From Halocafeteria seosinensis (Eukaryota), in assembly GCA_001687465.1 (NCBI GenBank), contig LVLI01000080.1:1-64000 (forward strand): a DNA stretch of 64,000 bases. Reading direction: 5' to 3'. The notes beneath the pieces were generated by a model. That model was not told the origin of the DNA and made no database searches. It saw only the letters and a program-made list of their open reading frames with translations. A program made the position numbers and the translations under genes. The first letter of the stretch is position 1, and every line of letters starts with the position of its first letter. Below are positions 1-10,960 of this stretch, piece after piece.

Positions 1-820
1 AGGAAGTGGAGTCCTCTCCATCATGTGGGCTAAACACTGGATTCCGAAGGGTTGAAAAGAAAAATCAGATTCATTACATGTAGGTGTGGTCACCCAACAG
101 ATAGACGTGACGTGACGTGGAGTGACTTCTCCACAGTGCCTTGGTTCTATACACAGTAGTAGCTGTGAGATGCGTCGAAACTCTCCGGCACTCAGAAGCA
201 GGAGCGCTCCATCCAGCAAACATCGAAGAAATCGGTCTCACCAAGGTTGGCACAAGAAGCAAATGAAGGACATATTTGACACGGTGGGTGCCAACGCTTC
301 CCAGTGGGACAACTTTGTGTAACTCGAGGTGCACAGTCTCTTCCACACGAAAAATTCTTCCTCGAGTTGAGAACATCACTTCGCTCCCGAGGGGCATTTC
401 CTCTGTCCATGACCGAAGTCTGCAGTCCTATTGCAACCATTTGAAACAGGGAGTAGCTCTTCCTGCCTGGGTTGATTACCTGTAGGTATAGGAGCCTGCA
501 TATACTGCCCGTGGTGCGAAGCAAGTTCCACGCAGAAGCTACTGGTTTCTCGACGCTCTCAACTGCTCGGGAAACAGTCTATCGTCCATCCCTTCGAAGT
601 ATTTCCTTACGCATACATTGTATCTACTCCTTATTGACGTCAGATGGCCTACTTGGGAGCTGCATGTACAGTGACAGGAGTAAGAAGAAGGCATCTTGCT
701 GAATCCCCGGCCAGCAACAGAGCTCCCTGAGAGGCTTACGCGGTCCATACGGCGCTAGGAAATAAGCAAGTTCGCATATACATCATTGCGTGGACATACG
801 TCTTAGCGATCCTGATAGAT

Positions 821-2052
821 GTGTTAAATAGCCACTTCTTTGCTTCATTTAAGGAGCTGAAGCGTATACACTCGTTCTGTCCACGTCCTCGGTCCGAAGC
901 ACAGACGGCCGTTATGGTTGAAAGCCAGATGCGTCCGGCAGCTAAAACTCAGTTACTGCTTGATCCCATACATACACACATTAAATATGTTGAAGCAATC
1001 AATTCCATCGTCAAATGTACATATTACAGCCATTTAAACTTCTGCCTTAGCGTCCTCGCGGAGTTTGGTAACAACTTCGAGCGGAGCCGTCCGATTCAGC
1101 CGTCCGAGGCCAACCCTGGCCGGCTCAACCCTGGCCGGCTCGGAGGACGGCAAAACGTCCGTCCAACCACCAGATTTGACGGACCCTTGGGGAGAGATGT
1201 CGGGGATTTCGGAATCATTGGTGGTATCAAACCACATATTGCTGCCGATACGCTTGTTGATAACGACAATGGGGACATCCCAATTCCATTTGGATATGCA
1301 ATGTTCTTCCTTGAAGACTCCTATACTAAATCGTCGGACTTCGGCCAGTCCAAAATTGCAAAGTTAAATGCACCTCGCTACACTAGGTGGAAACAGGAAG
1401 AAACCATTCCGCCTTCAACTGGGGAAGCCCGTCAGAGGATGGTCCGACTACTAGCCATGGCGCCGTACCAAACTATACAGTCTACTGATGAAACCCACAG
1501 GTGTGATGGTGGTGGTACCTCCTTCAACGTATCATGTTCCAAGGAGTTTCGACTTCATTGGGGAGAGGCAGTAGGTGTTGCTCAGAAAGCAGGCTAGACA
1601 TGGTGGAGTGGTGAAATTTGGGTAAAAAACAACAGAGACTGAAATCAGTTCCTTGTGTTCCTTCCACGTCGACATTCTTCCATGTCCAACAAATACTATT
1701 CCAAATGGAAGGAGATTGCGACATGTATGTAGGGTTGCGACTGGTCTTCATCAGTGATTCAGAGCTATCTCAAACCCGATGCGAGCAATGCGACGGAGGA
1801 CGAGTACCAAGTCAAGACCGGAGTCGCTGTATTACGTGCCCTCCCGCAACATACAGTTTTCGCCGTTCTGAGAAGTGGCATGTATGCAGTAGATACGAAG
1901 TTCACCCATATCGAAGAGAAGAAGAGTGCAAAAGCTTGGAAGCGCAGGCGTGGGACATTAATCATACAGGAATTTTCACTTTTCTTATAACGGTGTTTGG
2001 AAATTTCAGTTTTGCTATAACTGCGACTTTTTTGTTTGCAAATCTGCGATAA
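821..2052 (+). pseudogene. Possible degenerate class C (mGluR-like) GPCR fragment: Venus-flytrap-like piece, Cys-rich linker, one TM helix
   Basis: ORF 821-1597 has 'IIGGI...DIPIPFGY...ETIPPSTGEARQRMVRLL', resembling ANF-receptor 'IPQISY...RTVPPD..QA..MV.LL'. ORF 1618-2052 has 'CEQCDGGRVPSQDRSRCITCPPATYS...C...ECK' then W and a hydrophobic helix, with a stop right after the first TM. Confidence 0.35.
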
Positions 2053-2164
2053 CAGCAAGTTGAAGGGGGGTTTGAAGCCCATGTAGAACAAGGTCATAAC
2101 GCGATTCTCAGCGGTTAACCTTCGCGTGTAAGCTAATGTGGTGTGGTGCTCAGTGGCTGCTCAT

Positions 2165-2182
2165 GTCACGTGAGTCACGTGC
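2165..2182. promoter_or_regulatory. Tandem E-box/CLEAR-like motif GTCACGTGAGTCACGTG
   Basis: Two CACGTG palindromes 9 bp apart in intergenic DNA about 800 bp upstream of the sugar porter. Confidence 0.35.
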
Positions 2183-2968
2183 TGCTGAGTTAGCCATTTC
2201 ATTTCAGCGTAGGTGTATTAGTATTGCTCCTAGCGGGAAAACGCTAGTCTAAATTCTTCCCTAGCCGATGTGGCCAACGGGTACCGCGTTTGCTAGGTCT
2301 CAAGAAACGAAATTTATCTGATCAAGATTGTTTTAGCGAGGAACCGAATCTGCGACACATTATTTGGCGGATGTTTTGGCATCCGTAGCTCAAGAACTGG
2401 CAACGTTCTTCTGTCGGCTATGCTGTAATAAGAAAATTTGGCCAGTAAATTCAAAGCGGGGCTGGCCCTGAGGTTGTTGTCAATGTTTTCAGTGGTTAAG
2501 GTGGATTATAGTCTATTAGTTCAAAAGAACAAATAAGCAATAGAAGTATCGAAACCCTGCTATACATGTATTCCGTTACCGATAGGAATGCTAGGTTGGT
2601 TGTCCCCATTGCCACCTATCGTCGTCGAAAGTGCCTTGGTCATGTACATGTACACAACTTCTGTTGCTCGGGCACATTTCCTCTCAAAATCCCCCTTTCT
2701 GTATACCTTTCACGGCACAACAGTTATGCCACACGTACATCCCAAGATGTGCGCTTCCGCTCGGAGCCTCTGACGTGGGAAGTACACGTACACGCGCAAA
2801 GCTCCAGATGCAGTGCAGTGCAAAATATCATCACCGTGGAAAAGACAGCTGTACCGCGTCATACATGTAGAGGGTGGGTGGATTGATACGAAGTGAGCCC
2901 GCGAAGATACGCGCCAAACTATCTACTATGCATGCTATCGCCGCGGTGTGTAGTAAGTACCCCATGAG

Positions 2969-4925
2969 ATGGCGAACAAAGTGGGATCTCGCTCCAGTTC
3001 ACATGGGGAGCAGAAAAAGCTTCTCCAGGAAGAGGGCCCTTCCGATGGGCGTGTTACTTTGCGGCTGGTACTTTCATGCATTGTGAGCTTATTCGGCTCG
3101 TTCCAATTCGGATGTACGTGTGTCGTGGAACTACAATAATACTGTATGAGCTTCGAAACCACATCAAAAGGGCGTTCAAACGTGTGGATGTACTGTGCAG
3201 GGCATACAGGAGTGGTGAATTTGATAGAAAAGATAGTGAAGTCTGATCTCGCTCTAACGAAAACGGAATGGGGCGTAGCGGTCGGTATCTTTGCCGTAGG
3301 AGGTCTAATGGGCGCGTGGGCGGTACCGAAATTGGCGGATAAACTCGGGCGTAAACACACTTTGACGCTGAATAGTCTGAATTTCGTCATTACTGGACTT
3401 TTACAGTTCGTCTCAGGTGCAATACAGGATCAGCATCGGGCCGCGTACGCGGTTCTGATCATCTCAAGGATTACAGCTGGTATAGGATGCGGGGGAGCAA
3501 CTGTGGCAGTGCCCATGTATTTGGGAGAAGTGGCCAGCAAGAATCGACGAGGGCTCTTTGGAGGCTTAAATCAATTTGCCACGGTCCTGGGTATTTTCCT
3601 ATCCCAAGCAATTAGTGTCGGAATGAACACCTCAGAACTCTGGAAATGGCTGTTGTCAATTAGTGGCTTCCTGGGATTGGTTCAGGTAGTTCTAGGTTTT
3701 GTGCTCTTAGAGAGCCCGAAATGGTTTGTTACGCGTGGTAGATTTCAGGAGGCCAAGAAGACCCTTCTCGCGTTTCGGGATTACTCTGATGACGATGCAG
3801 ACGCTGAACTAGACGAAATTATGCTGAGTGCCGGAAAATGTAGGTCTCGCTGTAGCATTCGGTCTGCTTTTCGGGTTGTCTTTTACTGGTGTAATCTCCT
3901 ACTTTGTGTACAGCGGCCGAAAAAGAGGAACCGTCATTTTACTCGATCATGGTTGATAAGTCGCTGCGAAAACCGCTAGTTGCTGCTATAATACTTACAG
4001 TGTCGCAGCAGCTGAGTGGAATAAACGCAGTGTTCTATTACAGCGGAACATTTTTCGATGTAAGTAAACTTTGAAGTGACAAGAACTTGGGATCTTCATG
4101 ACTCGATTGATTTGAAACACCTCTTCCAGAAAGTGGGAACGTCGGCAAAACTAGGTACATTACTATCTTCTGCGGTGAATCTCGCTGCAATGGGAGTCGG
4201 AGTTCAGCTGATGGAACGATTAGGTAGACGTATGCTACTGCTAACGGGAGCGATGGGAATGTGCATTTCTGCGCTGTCGATTGTTATCACCATGGGTATT
4301 AGAGTATGTAGAGTAGTTGTTGTTGAGGGTTAGGAGTGATAGCTAGTCACGCTCCGTTAGCGAGTATCTAAATGCAGAAAGACGTGGACAGTGGTCGAGA
4401 CGCTCTAGGATACATCATCATCGTATTTATACTGTCCTTCGTGACGTTCTTTGAAATCGGCTTGGGTGCAATTCCATGGCAAATTGGTGGAGAAATTTTC
4501 CCGGACGGACCTCGTGCCACGGCAATGAGTACGTACCGCTGAACACATTGTCGATTTAGTCCGACTTACAAGTTGAAATCTGTATGTGCGCTCCAGGTGC
4601 TGCCGCCATGTGCAACTGGGTAAGCAACGGAATAATCGGCGTCATTTTTCCGTCAATGGTTAACAACATGGAAGAGTTTACTTTCTTACCATTTGTTATA
4701 ATACTTTTTGGAGCATGGTTTTTTACGTATAGGACGGTTCCTGAAACAAAAGGACGAACTGTTGCTGAAATACTGGAAGCATTCCACGGTCGAGCTCCAC
4801 TTACGTATAAAGGACCTATCGTTCCAACAGTTGGTGATCCGACAAGTGTAAACAGGAACGCCCAGAATCACAGCGAGTCTCAGGATTACGGCGGATCATA
4901 CAATTCTCGCGAGCCAGAGCCGTGA
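2969..4925 (+). CDS. MFS sugar porter (GLUT/SLC2A-like hexose transporter), 6 exons
   Basis: Spliced by eye: MANKVG...[16 protein letters not shown]. Motifs [53 protein letters not shown] introns near 3114, 3840, 4060, 4304 and 4529. Confidence 0.93.
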
Positions 4926-5271
4926 ACGGGGGCGTTCAAAGACGTCTAACAACGTACGTGTTCGTCTCCAATGTGGAAATTTGGAAACACACGTGTGTAA
5001 ATACTACCGCTCAGTGAGCTTATCAAATAGATCAAGTACTCGCAATAGTAAGCTAACAAGTTCGGAGTCGCCTTGTTAGTGGTGATGCAAGTTGGTAATA
5101 GTAATCTCAAGTTGAAATCAAGACTCTCAAAAGTTAATGAAGTTTTGTTAAAAATGGACGCATTATTTTCACTAGTGTTCACTTACTCCGTACACACAAA
5201 AAGTTAGCTTTCGGGGCGAGCCTTGAGAGTATGTAGGACTTAGCATTAACAGCTGGATACCTCAGGCCAAT

Positions 5272-6483
5272 ATGGAAGCGATTCCATTCAACATTCGCCA
5301 TTGCGTGGCTCCAATGGTGGGCCAGTCCGATTTAGCCTATCGACTGTTGTGTCGGGAGATATATGCACAGGAATTTGCCAGTGCATCCACGGAAAGAGAG
5401 GAAACAGAGAGCTGTAATCCCGCAAGAATCCCGTTGCACCATCGGTCTGGAGGACTCTGCTGCTACACGGAGATGATTCAGGCGGATTTATTTGTTCAGG
5501 ATGAGACACACAGGTAAGTGATGATGTTGCTGCCTCGTCAGTCAGTCTTATTGGTGAAGAGTTGCATGCACTGCGTTCGCTTGACAGAGCGAAATACTTG
5601 CAAACAACAGCGCAGGATAGACCCTTGGTGGTGCAATTCTGTGGAAATGACCCCGAAGTGCTGGCGGAAGCGTGCTCTCTGTTGGGGCCCGAGGATTGCG
5701 ATGCCATTGTAAGCATAACTCATGATGTATTAATCGGTACATTTGTAGAAGGATTGTGTGATATTTATGCATGAAACCCAGGACTTGAATCTGGGATGTC
5801 CTCAGCAACGAGCTTTCGAAGGACATTATGGCTCTTATTTACTGGATAAGAAGGATTGGCCATTACTCACTGATATCGTACAGTCCATGACCAAAGCGAC
5901 TAGCGTTCCTATATTTTGCAAAATACGGCTGCTTCAAAACACCAAAGATACCATAGAGCTTTGCAGGGTATTGTCAAATGCGGGAGCATCAGTAATAGCC
6001 ATTCATGGCCGTACGCGAAAGAGCGATAAGCGTCGTCGAGAAGGACCAGCGGACCTTGATGCCATTCATGAAATTGCAAGTAGCGTAGAGGTACCCATAA
6101 TCAGTAACGGGAATGTCAGGAGTTGCCAAGATATTCATGATAACCTCGCGTATACCAAAGCTGCAGGAGTCATGTCTGCGGAAGCCGTGTTATGGAATCC
6201 GGGTATCTTTGCTGACCGCGAGGATCACGACGATCCTCAGCAGGTGCGCAGTAATCTAATGAGATATTTAGAGCTTGCAGAGCAGTATCCACCTCCTGCA
6301 TTCAAATATGCGCAAGACCATGTAACCAATTTATTGGGGCGTTGGGGCCGTGGTAGGAAGATCCAGTTCACCTATCGTGGCCACTACAAGCCCATTGCGC
6401 TTAAGAAACACATTCACGAAGAGTGCACTACACTCGAGGACTTGAAGAGATTAGTTCTAGACATTTTCCCTTCCGTATCATAG
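5272..6483 (+). CDS. tRNA-dihydrouridine synthase (DUS1-like)
   Basis: APMVGQSDLAYR, YTEMI, DRPLVVQFCGND, LNLGCPQ with catalytic Cys, KIR, IHGRT, ISNGNV, GVMSAE; two short introns. Confidence 0.92.
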
Positions 6484-6509
6484 CAGTAAATGCATTGAAC
6501 AGCGCCGGG

Positions 6510-6986
6510 TTAGTCTTTGCCACGTCTATCTCTTCCCACCAGAACCATTATTACAGCACATGCAGCTACCAAGCACAATATCACCAGCACCAACAGCAAT
6601 CGCGTAGTTTTGAAGTCAGAAATATAGGGCATCTCTGTGGTCGTTCCGGCGGTCAATAGGTCCGTATTCTCGGCTGCATCGCTCGCTTCTCCGTACAAGA
6701 TGATGGAGCTGTTTTTCACCAAGGGGATCGCGTCTGGGACGGCACGGTCCTTTTCTTTCTCCGATTCCACTCCATTCCGTTGCTCTTCGGGAGATCTATT
6801 TGTTCCATGCGATAGAAAAGACGGCTCTCTTTCGTATGAGCTCCCTTGGGACCGTGAACTCCCTTGGAAAGTGTGTGAAAAAGAGTGATGATGACCTCCT
6901 TGGGACGGAAAAGCCTCTTTGTTTTCTATGTCTTGTAAAGGCCCATTTATGGAGTACCCTCTTGCGTTACTCTCGTGGGACGACAT
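6510..6986 (-). CDS. Hypothetical tail-anchored membrane protein
   Basis: 158-aa ATG ORF with a hydrophilic N-terminus, C-terminal hydrophobic helix LLLVLVILCLVAACAVIMVLV and a short basic tail. Confidence 0.55.
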   Translation of the reverse strand: MSSHESNARGYSINGPLQDIENKEAFPSQGGHHHSFSHTFQGSSRSQGSSYEREPSFLSHGTNRSPEEQRNGVESEKEKDRAVPDAIPLVKNSSIILYGEASDAAENTDLLTAGTTTEMPYISDFKTTRLLLVLVILCLVAACAVIMVLVGRDRRGKD

Positions 6987-7380
6987 TTTATTTTAACCTT
7001 GATGGTGTGCAAAAAAGAAGCATGAACCCACCAATCAAAGCCAACATTGCACTTCTTTCTAATGGGCAGCGTCTTGAACAACTTAACTGCGGAGCGGGAT
7101 CTCGCAGAGGTTTACGTGGATCGAACCACAAATCCCCTCCTACCATTCACTTTCTAATCACTGTGCTGTTACATTCAGTGGTGAACTAGCATAGCATAGG
7201 ATGGCATTCGAGTAAACATTAAATACTGTAGACACACAGACCCATGGCCGCGTCTCCTATATCAAGTTACACAGGCTACGAAATTCGCTTTCATTTAGCA
7301 AGCAATCTCTATGCATTCCTCTAAGAAGTAGACTGAGCTCTCCCCGCCTCACTTGCGACTATTCCAACAACCCGCTGGAT

Positions 7381-8524
7381 TCATGAATGAACCAGCGTCG
7401 GGACGAGTATCACACCAGCTATCACGACAATAATCAAACAGGCGATAAACATCTTTTTACGCGCCTTTGCTTGATATTCTATTGCCTGTGGAAAGCATTA
7501 ATCAAGTGCCAAAAGAAAGGAAAGAATGGTTAGAAGTACGCAAAAAATGACTTACCGATTCAAGATTTTCGTTGCCAGATTTGACCGCGTCGTTCGCCTC
7601 TGTTGTATTCTGTTCCACATTGTCCAACTGTAGGGTAAAGGAACGCAGAAGCAATGTACGAATTGAATAGGGAAAACAACAGAAAATATAGGGAGTTTTA
7701 CCTGTTCGCTTTGTTCTCCTACAAGTGTGGCTAAATCTTGATAAGCAGCATTCAGCTCTTTTGTCTGTTGCACTAACTTGGTCGCTTCACGATTTCGTTC
7801 CTGTGGTCCCTCCAAAGCACCGGTATAGAATTAACCAGTACTCAAAGGAATATAATTCTTCCACATACCTCGACGATCCTGGAGTCTACCTCATTAAATC
7901 CTTTGAGTTCCACAATAGTCTCCGTATGCCCGGACTGGTCCGTCCGTTCTGACTGCAACTGTTGTTGGATTCCACCTCTAACGTCCTGAGACATTGGACC
8001 TTTGGTTTGGTGCTTGTAAGAGCCATCATCGTCTGATGGATTATACTGCTGTTCCCTTGTGTTTGCTAATTTCTTTTGTGCCCAATACGTGCTTTGGCAT
8101 TTATCAAACATCTTTTCCAGTTTTTGCAGTTTAATCGGCGCCATGTCACTTCTCGATCGAAGGATCTTCATCATGGTATCCGCCTTCTTCAACTCACCTT
8201 CATACTCTTCCATCTCTTGATTGAGTGTCCTCCTTAGGTCCATAGTATCCTGATGCCCTTGACCTAAAGTCTCGACCTGCATTCAATTAATATTCCCAGG
8301 CTTCCCCAACTTCAACAAAGACGGCATTCACTACATACCTTGGATGCGATGCTTTGCAACTGAGTGCGCAAAGGCTTCAGCGTATGTGCCATGCGTTTCA
8401 AGGCATCTTGCTGTTCTATTTGCCTCAGATCCTCGTAACTCGGCGTTCCTCCGACGGATCCCGTCGCACTGGAAGCGGAGCCATCATCCTGACGGTACTT
8501 TTTCGCTCGGCTCGAGAACGCCAT
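7381..8524 (-). CDS. Syntaxin (Qa-SNARE, STX7/12/SYP2-like)
   Basis: Spliced: MAFSSRAKK..., Habc-like region (ETLG..DT.DLR), SNARE motif ERNREA...ELNAAYQDLATLVGEQSEQ/LDNVEQN, and C-terminal TM MFIACLIIVVIAGVILVPTL ending in TGA at 7381. Confidence 0.88.
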
Positions 8525-9331
8525 GACCAGACTGGACACCCTCGATAGGCCGAACAACAACTAGAGTACAAAAGAAGTGTACTTACTGCTGCTAGGCAAA
8601 CCACTGCCTGCAAAACAAACATAGTGGAGGCAAAACTCTGCCTCTGTTAAGGTGACGAAAAGATTGTTCGCTTACCGAGAACTGTAGGAATGTGGCACCG
8701 GAGAATCCAGAATCGATGGAAATGGAACCTCAAAACGTTTCTGATTAAGCTCGAGAGAGAAGATAACGCGGGTTACTGAATTCAGGTATACCCAGAGAGC
8801 GGAAATTATGACAGATGAAGCATAGCGTGTGTTTCGGACTGCTCAGTTTCATCAACAAGCTCGGCTTTGTAGTACTTTCATTGATGACTAATACAGCTCT
8901 AAAGAATGGTGCTAAAATTTCCATTTGAATGATCTATTTGTATCCAAGCAACAGCATCATCACGCCTGTCATACCACAAAGTGAATACCAATAATACCAT
9001 GGTAACTATACCAAGTGGGGGAATCACATTGAAAATCCGAAGTGCGGCACTGTGCGGGTCTCCTACTTAGCGGCGTATTGGTATTGCTCCTACCGGAAGA
9101 CGTGTCTTAGGGGTCGAGCTGAGCAAAGCAACGCGACAAGCAACACATTTTTCAATCAAAGCGTCCCTTCGGCGGTTTTCAGTAGATGCGGATTGAACCC
9201 AGAGACTGGGGAATACTTCTGAATGGACGAACGCCTCTGCTGTGTTATGCTCTTAGGGTCGTCTTCAAGCTGAAAGAAAGTATTATATTGAGTGTAGTGG
9301 GTTCTCCTCCATCGGGGATCTAGCATTGTGT

Positions 9332-10663
9332 CTATTTCCCGCGTAATTTCTGCAGTCCTCGTTCTAGCAGTTTCTCGGAGTTCTGCGGTCGCATGGGCTG
9401 CATGAGTGATAGCAGTATAGTACGCACGAGTGAGAGACCAAACCAACCTTGAACTTTGGCTCGCAGTTCCTGAGCCGATTGGACCTTGCTCTCTTCCCCC
9501 TCGTCCAAACCAAACTCTTGTGCGATCTTCTTGGGACTTCCTTGTTCGCGTACTGAGTCGCCTGTCGCACTCTGTGCCTCCTCGAAATCAATTCTCTCGG
9601 GAAAGACGAAATGCCTCATTCCTCCAAATGCTCCCGTTCCAGTTCCACTAGGAATAGCTTCGCGGTATGGGGATGAGCTTATGTTTCGCTTAGCAACGAT
9701 CGGCGAATTGATGTCTGGAGAGCGTGTAAACGGTGAATCTATCAGCAGGTTTTGCCGCTGATCCTCCATTTCAGTAGACACTTTCTCCTTAGCAGTCTCG
9801 CTCTCAGCCGCAGTATTATCTTGTTCCTCCTGTTCATCCTCTTGATCTTCCAAAGTTGTCCGATATCTTCTACGGGGTGAAAACACTGAGCGACTCCCTG
9901 TTCTATACAAAGCAACCGACTTCATCGCATCTAAAGAAACTTGGACGTCGTTACTGTGAAATGGACTTCCAAGGTAATCTTCCACATCTTTGGGTAGAGG
10001 GAACGGTGTGGGTGCATTCGGACTTTTCTCAATAGCAGACGTTGCAGGCCTTTCCTTCTCTTTACTACCTGCACGACTCCCTTTAGGACTTCTCGAACGC
10101 TTCTTCCGTGAACCACTATGTGTCGACGGTCTGGAGCGGCTTCGCCTTTTTCGTCTTCTTTGCTTCCTCAGCATTTCTTGCTGTTGGTGTTCAGTGGCCC
10201 GGTCCCATGCATGGCGCAATTGCATGGTTATTTCCTCAATGTCAGCCATCAAGTAGCTTTGTCCCTTTGCCGCATTTCCCCGTGAACTCCCATTTTGAGG
10301 ACGTCGGGCTGATTGAGGCCGACTGCTGGTATACGATGAACTCGCTTCGGTCCTGGACGACACCTGAGGCGCCGTTGCGGGGCGTTGTGGGGCTGTTGGT
10401 TGAGAACTTTTCGGACCTTGGTCGGCCCGATGCGTCGGACGCCTCCATTTGTTTCCACGACGCGAAGTGGTGGTTGGTGCGAAACGAACGCTTTTGGCTG
10501 TCTGAGGGCGCTCCGGGGATTTAAATTTGGGTACCACAAGATTCACGGACGCGGGGCGTCCTTCACCCCGTGCACCGGCATGTGATGACAGTGTCCTCGC
10601 CGATGAGTGGGCTTCATGTTGCGCGGAGGAAGCGATCCCACCTTCCTGATGCTGTTGACCCAT
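9332..10663 (-). CDS. Hypothetical low-complexity basic/acidic protein; 3' end may extend to about 9156
   Basis: 443-aa ORF with RPxTA/RPxSA motifs, an Arg/Ser-rich NLS-like tract and an acidic tract; no recognisable domain. Confidence 0.6.
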   Translation of the reverse strand: MGQQHQEGGIASSAQHEAHSSARTLSSHAGARGEGRPASVNLVVPKFKSPERPQTAKSVRFAPTTTSRRGNKWRRPTHRADQGPKSSQPTAPQRPATAPQVSSRTEASSSYTSSRPQSARRPQNGSSRGNAAKGQSYLMADIEEITMQLRHAWDRATEHQQQEMLRKQRRRKRRSRSRPSTHSGSRKKRSRSPKGSRAGSKEKERPATSAIEKSPNAPTPFPLPKDVEDYLGSPFHSNDVQVSLDAMKSVALYRTGSRSVFSPRRRYRTTLEDQEDEQEEQDNTAAESETAKEKVSTEMEDQRQNLLIDSPFTRSPDINSPIVAKRNISSSPYREAIPSGTGTGAFGGMRHFVFPERIDFEEAQSATGDSVREQGSPKKIAQEFGLDEGEESKVQSAQELRAKVQGWFGLSLVRTILLSLMQPMRPQNSEKLLERGLQKLRGK

Positions 10664-10960
10664 GGTGGTGCGATTTTAGAGCATTACTGCTGTATTTCGC
10701 CCCTAGAGCTGGGCCCAAAAACTTCACCGGCACCTTTGTCCATATTTGGTCTGTATTTCCTAAAACACGCAGCAGCTGGAATTTACTATTAATACCCTCT
10801 GTTATTTCTGTATTTTCTGTCAGCAGCATAAGCGTGGTCGCAAATTGCGACGGTGGCTGCCAGGAGAATTGACCGTTAGCCGAGGGCACGCAGTACTTTG
10901 GAGCATGCATCATTCAATGATGACGGTAAAGCACATGTGTCTTAATATTGGATTGAGTGG

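Noticed and set aside
1..760. Short ORFs and a (GACGT)3 run at 104-119
   Set aside because: No coherent gene model or domain; possibly a truncated or decayed locus.
8780..8890. TTGATGA...CTGA spacing resembling a C/D snoRNA
   Set aside because: No terminal stem and no recognisable rRNA complementarity.
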